A DNA stretch of 63,090 nt, filler included, from Hausera hauseri (lineage: Eukaryota): NCBI GenBank assembly GCA_046269625.1. It is 11 parts of 11 records of this genome, joined end to end, with 100 filler letters (N's around TTAATTAATTAA, not from the genome) between each part and the next. Parts side by side here need not be neighbours in the genome. Positions count along the whole stretch, not along the records: positions 44,711 to 53,672 come from JBJURY010496574.1; positions 53,773 to 58,372 come from JBJURY010510794.1; positions 58,473 to 63,090 come from JBJURY010501908.1; 8 more parts are not named here. One strand, given 5' to 3'. The translations under genes and the position numbers were made by a program. Positions 50,226 through 60,889 of this stretch are shown in pieces. A model generated the notes under the pieces. It worked only from the letters and a program-made list of their open reading frames with translations. It made no database searches and had not been told where the DNA came from. Within the stretch, counting starts at the first letter, position 1; each line of letters opens with the position of its first letter.

Positions 50226-53200
50226 TGATTCGTTTCTCCCATTATTTCCGGTTAAGTTTTGTAACATATCTTCGAATCCACAATTATTACTAACGAATGG
50301 TCCATTTTGGCGTCCTTCGTCCTTTTCGAATAGTTTGGACCAATCTACTCCTCGGGGCAGTTTTCTACCGGCCTTTCGTGCTAGACAAGTGGCTTCATTA
50401 AATTCATTTTCTCGGGCTGGATTCGTTCTAATGGCCAAATATAATAATACTTTCCGCAGTTTTTCTACGGTTTGCTCTACCGTAATTTTCTCAATCACCA
50501 ATTCATCGTTTAAGGTGCTTCTCAATCATTTGTTGCAGAAATTCTTCATTGTTCTGGCTGCATTCAATATAGATTTCTCTTTTTCGTCTAGTATATCGCC
50601 ACAGAGACTAGAGTGGTTTACTATGCCTATTAGATTCTTTATAAGTTCATTTAACTCTTCATTTTCCGTGTTGAAGGTTGGTATGGACATTTGCCTTAAT
50701 TCTCCAATTAAATATCCATTGTAGTCAATTTCTTTCCGCATTTTCCGCGGCCTACCAAGAGAACGCTTAAGTTTCACTATTACCGATGCGATTTCACTAG
50801 GTGGTACTAAATTCTTATCATACTGTTCCTTATCTTCATCGGTTTGTAAGTATTCGAAATACATTGCTGCGTCTCGAACGCCGATGATCCGTTCCACACA
50901 TTGATCAGTTTTGGATTTTCTGCTGGCTTTTTCTTTTGTTTCTTCCGCACAAGCGTTACTATTATCCGATTTGTTTCACTGGAATAATTCCGACGTTTAT
51001 TAATTGCTCCAGTTTGTCTAATATCCTACCTCTAAAGTAAAGTCTATAATTTAGTTCGCTTGCACAACCATTACTTATTAGCCACTCTATCACGTCTCCT
51101 ACGGAGGAGTGCGTAGTGAATTCACGCTCTTTCTCGTCCATCCAATCCGACGATATCCTTACTTTAATCGGCTCCTCGTTTTTAGCCCTTAAGATTTCCG
51201 CATACTCCTTTATCAAAAGTTTTGGCACGGCACTATAAGTTGTACCTTCACTAGATAATTTAGTCAGGGTAGGAACTAGCTGTCTAAACTGATTTTCGGT
51301 GAGGTTTACATTAATTAACTTAATTAAATCTTTCTCTGATTGTGCCGAGTCAAGAAGCATTTCCATACTGAATCTTCGATCCGACGGACATATCTCCCTT
51401 TCGTACAATCGTACGGGAGTTTTCGGGTTTTCATCAACCATTGCGTCTAAATGTGCATCTCATTCTGGTTCGTTTTCGTTGCCCGGCGGTCGATAATCAG
51501 TGGTCGGTGCCTCTACTGGTTTGGCCACATCTGCAACTGGTATTGACCCTCTTAGTTCGCGTAACTTCTGTTGCATTTTAATCATTTGCGTCGTCCGGAA
51601 GCAATGTCCATTACCAGAAGTTTGCCGTAAAGATGTTAACAGCTGGTATAATTCTTCGGCTGAAATCAGTCCTTTTTCTTGTTAACTTGTTAGTTCAGAG
51701 GCTACGTTTCTATGCTATCTTTGTACAAACTGCGACTTGTCGACTTTCACCGCTTCTGTGAGAGCGTGTTTATTTCTATTGATCTCGAGCTCGTTTAGTA
51801 ATACGTTTAGCTTATGGCTCTCTGCTTGGTTTTAATGAAAGTTTCTTCGACTTGGCGTATCTGGGGCAACAATTTTTTTATCTTCTCACCGTTAATTTCC
51901 GCCATTTCCACCATTAGGTGTGCTAAGTCATACATTTCATTAATAATTTTTGAGTCCGGATCCATCGCATCCGATAATTTCCTTAGAAATCTGACTTCTT
52001 CGACGCTGAGATGGTGGTCATTTCTGATCCTTATAAGTTCGGTATGACATCTCTGGTCCGTTCCAATCATCTATTTTTGTGAGTCGTGTAAAAATTTTAT
52101 CGCCTCTTCTATCGCTGATCGGTGCTCCGGGCAAACGTCCAACGTCTCTAGATCTTGAATCGAGATTTCTTTGATATGTTTTGTTGTAAAGTACTGAATT
52201 CCTTCCAGGCAGACGTTTCTTAGCCTCGGATAGAAGCTACAAGTCATTCCGCTTCTGTGTAAAGTTTGTTTTTTCGATCATTTTGTATATATCTTCCAAT
52301 ATCGTCGTCTCTTGTTTTCTTTTCATAAACTTCAATTGACATAATGCATTAAATTGTTTCCTAATATCCACTTCCGCCCTCATTGTATCCAGATTGCGTA
52401 CATCTTCTAATTGTTTATTTACTGTAGGCTCACTTTTAGGGAACTCTTTTATGCGATCTTCTACTAATTTACTCAGTCTAGTTATTACTCGAGACCATTC
52501 GTCTAGCTGGTTAGAGATATTTGGCTTCGCTAACACTGCTTTGTCCAGCATTTTGCATGCGTCTTCTAACTCGTCGTCTGGGCCTCTGATGAAACTAATA
52601 ATCCGGTATGCATAGTTGAATTCATCCTTATATTCATCAACTTTAAGGATGCAGGCTTAAATTATGTCCTGTGTCTCATCGTTGTCCAATTGCATGATCC
52701 GATTTTTCTCAAACTATATATCTGCGACTTTTTTTCGTTTTCGATTTTGATACGATTTTCCAGACTTGTATATTGTTTTGATTCGGTGGACGCAATTTTT
52801 ATCATGTCCATTAATTGTGGGATATCTGGCGAGCATATACCCAACAATTCCAGGTCAATTGAGTTCCGTTCCCTGACTGCATTTTCTTTGAGCCTCCTAA
52901 CCATTTCGAATCTGATTTCATCTATGACACGCCCCAGGTTACGTGTTACTCTTTTTAGTTTTGGATTGGCTTCCAATGTAATTAATAATGCTTGGGCGTT
53001 TTTTAGTCTTGCTTCGACATTCTCTGTACGTTTATCCCACGCTTCGTGAGGTTTTACTCCACTTTTTGTCCATGCTTCTAATTCGTATTTCCATTTTGCT
53101 AACGTTTCTGGGGGCACTTCCTCAGATTTCCCTAGATCTATAGCTTCGCCCAGTTTTCCTTCACTATATAGTTTCATTTTCTTGTATAATCTTCCTATAA

Positions 53201-53662
53201 ATTTCTGCTCTTTACCCGAGATGTCTACTTGTTTGTTCATCTCTTTAAGTTTCTCTAGATTCTGTTGTAATATGTCTGGGTTGAGGCAATTAATTCTATT
53301 CTCTTTAATTCATCAGCATTTTTCCACGAATGTTTGATTTTCCACTGTTTCTGATCTACCGTCTCACTTTGTTCGGTCTCTTCTTCACTAGAAGGTAGTG
53401 GACATATCTCATTAATTTCATTAACAGATTTTGTTAACTCTTCTATTCCGACAGCGGTATCTAATCCAATTCCCGGGGTATTCAAGGTGAACTCTACATC
53501 GCTTTCTAGAACGGTTTCAGTTTCCTTTACTCTGTCTGATTTTTCCTTATTCATCGGGGATCGTGAACGATCTTTAAGTTTCCGCTTTAATGATGGACTG
53601 CGGCCTCTATTCTTGGTAATGTTGAGTATTAATGGTTCCATAAATTCTTTTTCTTCGTCCAC
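50226..53662 (-). pseudogene. Accessory polyprotein (acidic region, helical/SAM-like, ubiquitin-like, AT-hook, Bcl-2-like)
   Basis: Homolog of 17000-20390; RLYFRGRILDKLEQLINVGI, KRSLGRPRK, DLETLDVCPEHRSAIEEAIKFL. Confidence 0.7.
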
Positions 53663-53983
53663 CTCTATGGTTNNNNNNNNNNNNNNNNNNNNNNNNNNNN
53701 NNNNNNNNNNNNNNNNTTAATTAATTAANNNNNNNNNNNNNNNNNNNNNNNNNNNNNNNNNNNNNNNNNNNNCACCATAACTTGTAACGGATCTTTCATC
53801 GATGCAAACTTTATTTTCTGTCTTCTCCGTTTTCAATCCCTGTATGGTTATTTGGTAGTTCCAGTCTGGTTAAATTTCAACATTTTTGGGTAGAGAATAA
53901 GGGCGGAAATGTTTACGATATCGTGTGCTGAGTCCTTCAATTTTTGAAAAGTCCCGTAAATTTTGTTTAGGGTTTGCGGGAGT

Positions 53984-55161
53984 CTATTCATAATCCCACT
54001 TTAATCCAGCATTTATATCTCTTAGATATTGTGATCTTTGACTTTCGGATATTATTCTGCTTATTTTTACATTTTCTCCGGTCATGGCCTCTACCATTAA
54101 CTTAAAACGGCCTTCCATAGTCAGTGGTATATGGCTCCTTTTTTCTTCCATCTTATTTTCCACTTGTCTCATAATAGTCGGGTGAGTTTCTATTTCCCTT
54201 ACTCCGGCTATATATGTTATCGTTATGGCCAATTTCCTCATTATCCTCTCTATTCGATACCCCACTAAGACGTATACATAGAGGCATTGCGTTACTTTTT
54301 TTGTACTAATTTAAAATCCCTTCCATGATTTAGATACTCTCTTTTAATTCCAGTAATTTCTGCATGCGTTTCAAACACTTTTTGTCTTGGATTGATGATC
54401 TTTGAATAGACTTTAGTCCCGTTCTCTTCTCGGATGGATATCTCGATGGCAAGGTAATTTCCTTCTTCTCCTTCCCCATAATTTATCGCGGCAATTCTAA
54501 GATTTCTCTCGTTAGCTAGCAATCTATAGGACTGTAGGTGTGTGCCCTGTTCTTCTTTTGTATGTCTTTGTCTAAATTCCAAAGGTGGTAGCGGTATACA
54601 TATTTCTTCTTCTGTTGTTTCTATCATTATTTTTACTGGTAAGGCGGCTACGCGAAATTCCAATTCGTGATTTTTGAGGCTCCTACTGTTGAATATAAAG
54701 ATACTAAACCGACTTTGTCTTCCTTGGAAGGAATCCCATTTCTGATCCTTTAGTCGATAGTATATTTCCCCGTCTGCCAAGTGCACATAAATCTCCTGTT
54801 CCTTATCTGGTTGGTACTGAGCGATTGGTCTAAAGGGGTATGCTCTAGCATCTTTGTCCTCCCTCCATGCGTATAAATATACGGCTCTGGCCTCCTCGGT
54901 CGTTCCTTTCAAACCATTTGGGATATCACCAACTCTTCCGTATTGAACAAAATTTTTTCCTTGCAATTCGGCGTTGATTTGCCTGTAGATGGCTTTTGAA
55001 TTCGGAATCCGCACTGTTACGTATTGTTGTAAAAATACGTCAATATTAAGTAGACTTGTGGCGTTTTCGGCGTCGATTCTAATTCGGCTCGAAATGTCTT
55101 CTGCGTCGATCCTAAGTCGGCTTAATTCCATCTGGATTCGGTTACTTACCAATCTGAACAA
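53984..55161 (-). pseudogene. Accessory ORF with C-terminal pseudo-DEDDh exonuclease (REX4/ISG20-like)
   Basis: RIAAINYGEG...LAIEISIREENGTKVYSKIINP...EITGI...DFKLVQKK, then (frameshift in an A-run) VTQCL...LVGYRI. Confidence 0.65.
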
Positions 55162-55251
55162 AAGAACATAAAGGTTAATCTTAAAACAAAGGATGGTTTT
55201 AAACCAAAACCAATTCTTTGTTTGATGACAGAATAACCTGATCTGTAATTG

Positions 55252-56660
55252 TCAAGTTATTTTATTATATGGGTCTACAGGGTTCTCCAATTCCCTTAGT
55301 TCCCATTCTGAATTTTTATGACGCTTAGAACCACAGTTTTTGATGACTAGTCGAAAAATTGCAATTAATATAATGAGAACAAACGCTGACAGTACGGAGA
55401 TGGATATAATTAGTAGTGTAGTTAATCCCATCGGGGCTTGTGTGGCGACCGGAGTTGTGATCTGCTCATCTATATCCTCGTACGTATGTGAGGCTGCACG
55501 AATCTCATCTAAAGTTTGCAATGTAACGGTCTGATTTTGCTTATTCTCTGCACATACTTGTACTATATATCTGGTTTGTGGTTTTAATAAATTGCACTCT
55601 GTTTGATAAATATTTTTAAATAGCGTCACAACTTGATTATTATACGTTGTCCGACAATTTATGTACATGTTGTAGTTTTGTTTTTCTTCCACGAAGAACA
55701 CAATTTTAGACCGATATACCGAATATTTAATAGGAATGTTTCCTAATTCTCTTTTCGGCACACTGGCCTACGTAACGGTTGTCGTAATGGTACTAACTTG
55801 AGTTACCGGTCTTCTGGTGGTTGTCTCTACCGAAATTTTCCAAATTTTATTTTCTGGATAGTAAGTTCGAAGTTGTACACTTGGTTTATTAGGCCGTACT
55901 TCATGTAAGTCAAATATTATCTTGAATTCTTGGTTTACGGGTATTTTACAGCATGGGTTTTGCACATCTGCTCGAATAGAACAATATTCTATTTTCGGGG
56001 TCGGTCCATCTGTGGCTTTAAACGTAATACTATTTTCCTGACTAAAGGTTACTCCTGTTCTAGCGCCTACTTGAATGCATTGTTCGTCCTTATTCACAGA
56101 GATTCTCTGTATATTTTCGTCTAATATTCTTATATCTGGGTCAGTGGATCATAATATTTCATTAAGTTTTACTTCATGATGTCTATTCCATTTGGGAACG
56201 CCTAACTGAAATGGTGGTTTTACTTCAGTATAAAGTTTGGTTGAGTCTAGTAGGTACAAGCCATAGGTGAGGTTATAAGTATGTCCAAAATCTATGTTGC
56301 AACACTGTGTATTTTCTCCAGCTCAAAATCACAATTTTTCGCTTCCTTTTTTGTTACATCATGTAAACCAACCTGAAATTTTCCGAAATTATGGTGTGAC
56401 CTCCAAGCATTAAATCCAACGCATACGGCGTTTGGCGAGTAATAGTGAACTGTCATCGATTGTGACAATTTGGTATCTTCTTGTTTTTGAATTTCTTCGA
56501 CTGTTGGTTTCTTTTCCGATTTAACTGTTTCCGATTTTGATCCACTCTTCCGAATTCCGTATATATCTCCTAACGTAGATTCATCGTGCCACCATAGCGC
56601 TTGTATTCTTGGGATGTAGAAGGCAATCAACGATAATGCTAAGACTATTTGAACATATGA
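55252..56660 (-). pseudogene. Type I membrane protein with FN3-like domain(s)
   Basis: Signal VQIVLALSLIAFYIPRIQA; LKPQTRYIVQVCAEN (FN3 tyrosine-corner motif); Thr-rich linkers; TM LLIISISVLSAFVLIILIAIFRLVI. Confidence 0.7.
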
Positions 56661-56689
56661 TATTGGTCTAGTAACTGTCGATGAAGTTT

Positions 56690-58372
56690 TCGCCTCGCGT
56701 TGGCGTAAATTATAACGTTTGTTGGGTTGTATTTCTGTCTTTACAACTCTTTGTACTGATATGACTTCTTCCTTTCCATTTTTGTTAATATGTGCTGTAG
56801 TTGGCGTAATCTTTGTAACTTCGTACGGTCCTCTACCCGTACGAGTTAATTTTAGTGAGGTGCCTTTTTTGGCTACTGGATAATGTACATAAATCCAATT
56901 TCTTTGTTCTATATCATGGGGTTTCGCTTTCTTATTATATTGCTTCTTAAACTGTTCTTGATATTCTTGGAATAGTTCTTTTGGCGATTTCCCAACACTT
57001 TTGCAACGGTGTTTGTAATACTTCTGCGAAATTCTGTTCTAAATCTTCGGATTTAACTGTGTATGGCGTCATTGCTAAGTCCGTGGGCAACATGACTTCA
57101 CGCCCATAAATCATAAAAAATGGCGTAAATCTTGTTGCTGGATGTGGCGTGGTATTAATTGCAAATTGCCTTTCTTCCAAAAATTCGTCCCAATTTTTTT
57201 AATCTTTCGCTACTACTGTTGATAATATACGTATGACGGTAGCATTCATCCGTTCGACCATTCCATTACACTGAGAGTGATATGCAGTAGTTGCTAATCT
57301 ATCGATTTCAAATATTTTGGTGATTTTCTGAAAGAATTCGCTGGTAAAATTTTTTCCTCCATCTGTGAGTATCTGGTCTGGGGACCCGTATCGACAAATA
57401 ATTCTCCTTACAGAGGCTTCTGCCAGGGTTTCGGCCCTTTGATCAACCAATGCTATCATTTCGACAAAGTGAGTTAATCGATCAATACAAGTTAAGAAAT
57501 ACTTATTGTTCTTGTGCGTCGTAGGTAGAGGTCCCACGATATCCATCGACATGGCTTGAATGGACCTATCGGGCACATTGATTGGTTTTAATTCCGCCAT
57601 GTAATTTTTCGTTTTCTTTTGTTTAGTTGCATATACTTCGCACGCGCTTATCCAATTTCTTACATCGATATAGATCCACGGCCAAAAATATTTATTCATT
57701 ATTCTTTCTAAGGTTTTCTTCCAGGAGATATGTCCGGCTAAGTATGAATCGTGTTCTGACATCAGTATTTCGGTTCGTAAGCTTTTTGGAATAACTATCA
57801 ACTTCGTTCCTGTTCTTTTGTAATATAAAATGTCTCCTTCGTTCACGTCATTTAAGACGCAGTATTTATGTCCATATCTGTTTAAATGTTTCTTTAACTG
57901 TCGTCCTTTTGGCATAACATCCTTTTTAGCAAATTCTATAATATGCTGGATAACTTTATCCTTTTTCTGTTCTGTTGAAATTTTGATCGCCTTATCTATT
58001 GTTAACGCGCGTTGGCGGTCTGTTATTTCCTCAAGTTGGCCTTTCTTCAACACAGTGATTGCGCTTGTCTTAGTCTTTAATCTCGATAGTGCACCAGCGT
58101 CTACATGTTTATTTCCTGCCTTATACTGGAATTCGATATTGTATCTGGAGATTTCTTCGATCCATCTGTTTATTCTGCATGTCGGGTTATTTGATCGGCC
58201 TTTTAAGGTCGTAACGGCTTTATGATCAGTGACGATTATAATTTTCTGCCCGTAAACATAAACATTAAAATGATGCAGTGCTTCTTTCACAGCTACAGTC
58301 TTTAGCTCGGTAACGGAAGAGTTTTTCTCAGCTTTTTTCAAAGAACGTCCTCCATAAGCGATCGGATGTTCC
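56690..58372 (-). pseudogene. pol: RNase H - integrase of giant element, copy C
   Basis: VTDHKA, H...GH...C..., MDIVGPLP, ILTDGG, NGMVER, GPYEV, RYNLR; closely similar to 44711-45900. Confidence 0.93.
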
Positions 58373-58472
58373 NNNNNNNNNNNNNNNNNNNNNNNNNNNN
58401 NNNNNNNNNNNNNNNNTTAATTAATTAANNNNNNNNNNNNNNNNNNNNNNNNNNNNNNNNNNNNNNNNNNNN

Positions 58473-60860
58473 AGGTACACGGAAAAAATTATTCAGGATG
58501 ATAAGGAAATATTTGAATTTTGGGAACATGAAGAAAAGGAGTTTATAAATAAATATGACTATAGTCCACAAGGCGCTAGTTGTAGAAGTAAGTATTGCCA
58601 AGGTGAAAACAAATTAGATGATGACCTAAACGTTGCCGAAATAAATTTGACCGAAGTGTCAAAAATAAAGAGCGTTGAGCGTTTGTTAAAACAAAAAATT
58701 ACTTACATTGTAGACGATTTAAATGAAGACTATTTAAGGACACCAACTCCCGGTTCTAGTAATAGAAGCGATGAAGATGTGTTTGTTGAACCCTATTTAA
58801 AGACGGTAATATTGAATAATGAGTATAATGTTGAAAGTCCTTTGAGAGATATAGAATCTAATGCGGATTCGGATGTAGTAACGAATGAAGAACCGGCTTT
58901 TTGGAATTGTAGTAAATTTAGTAAAACAATGAATTGCAATGAATTAAGAGTAGAATTGAGCGTTGAAGCTCTTGACAATTTAGATATACCTCGAAAGGTT
59001 GAGAAGACTAAGGTTTAAAATATAAAAATGAGTAATGAACTGGAAATTTTGAATCAGAAAAAGATTGGGAATGCATGTTTAGAAACTAATGACATAAATG
59101 AGATAAGTATAAATGGAAAGGCAAGTATGTAATATGTTTTGAAAATAAAGTTTTCTGAAAAGGCAAAAGAAATAAATGTTGATCGTTTAAACATTTTGAG
59201 AGAAAATGATGATAAAGTGGATATAACTGAAAATTTGAATTTAACGATTGGAAGAGAAAACGAAGACGATTTGGTAGAAATAGAAGATGAAATGAAAAAT
59301 GATTTTCGGAACAGACTGGAAAGACTGAGATGCCCGGAAGGATTACGGAGAGAAGATATATACTTTCCGAATTATGGAGATGTGAATAACGAATAATTAA
59401 GTATAAATCAGACGAATTTCGAAGAATTTTACAAGGATTCTCTTAAAAAGGATGCTTTGGCATAAGTAAAATGGTGGTAGAAGAGGATGATGAGATAAAA
59501 AGACAACTGAAAATTAGGCGGATAATTGATACTTTTCAAAGGTATAAATGCAGCCACAGCTTTGATAAAATAGTTAAGGCAATAAATGAATTTAGAAAGG
59601 TACCTATAAATGACGAACTCAGTGTATTAAAAGTTAAGCAAATTCGATACTTAAAAGGGCTTAATAATGTTTGTGAAGTAGAAATTGAATGCGTAAAACG
59701 AATGCTTGGTATTTGTAAATTCAATATAAAATTTGAAATGAATGTATCGATGGCGTTATTTATAAAATTACAAGAATTATTACAGAAATTGGACAGTTCG
59801 GTGTATCAAATATTTTTAGGTAATTGGATTCGATCAGAGAAAGAAGAAGAAAATAATGAATATGAGGAGACTGAAAAACAAATTATGTTAAGGAGATACG
59901 GAATAGATGGGTTAATAATAGAAAAACAATTACAATTAAATATAATCCAAGAAACGTTAACTAATCAAGAATTGCAGGAAGATCTGTACCATATGATAAG
60001 TGGAAGTAATGAAAATGTACCTCCGATATTGGTTGAAAGATATGAAAACAGATATTCTGTTGAAAATTATACCAGAAAAATCCAAAATAAAAAGAATTCA
60101 AAATTACCAAAAAAGTTCTGTAGCAAAAAAGAATGCAATGAAACGAATACAAGGAATGTATACATGGTTTACGGGCCAAGGAAAATCATGGTCCGTGACG
60201 ATAACCAAGAAGATAAAGTTATTGTTAATGAAAACTACAATGATGAAAACCGAAAAGAGGAAATGTCACGAATTATGATGTTTGGCCCGGGTGTGGAAAT
60301 TGAAGAGATACAAACGGAAGAAGATCAGTTTGAATATTATTTGGCTGTTATTGAATAACAAGGATAAGGAAGATGTCCATACGCTTGTATTAAATAAAGT
60401 GTACAAAATAAAGAACTGGATAATAGAAATTAAAGAGAGATTTTTAGGAATGCGTAAATTTTTTGTAACACAAGCTGCCGACTACATATTAGAAGCAAGT
60501 ATTCCCAAAGAAATATTAGAATGTTCTGGCCAAAAACAAATGAGAGGTAGAGACTTTGAAGAATGTGAAATAGTAGAGATAAATATTTATGGAGAATATA
60601 GAAATAAAGTCAATGAATTTCGAATTGCTGTAAAGGTTGATGAACCAATGTTTGCGGCTGTTGAAGCAATAAGACTACAATATGATGATGTGAATATTTG
60701 TACTGTTCTAAATTATAAAAAATCATGGATAGAATTAGGAATTATGCATGGGATGGATCCAACTGAAACTGTTGTAGTATATTTAAAAAATTGGACAGAG
60801 AAAATTTAAAGCAAAAAGAGCTAAAACAGCGCATACAGAATGTGTTGGGATCAAATGAGG
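58473..60860 (+). pseudogene. Acidic/helical accessory polyprotein fragments of a divergent giant element, copy D
   Basis: ORFs 58647-59018, 59139-59396, 59471-60358 and 60282-60809 lie on one strand leading into the env ORF; possible Ubl at ~60570-60790. Confidence 0.55.
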
Positions 60861-60889
60861 CTATTTGACAGTTAGATATTAAAGATAAA

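Larger units (their letters stand above)
44711..53672 (-). mobile_element. Giant env-bearing Gypsy-like element, copy B: accessory polyprotein-env-PR-RT-RH-IN
   Basis: One contig shows the collinear order on one strand with no LTR/PBS between the parts. Confidence 0.88.
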
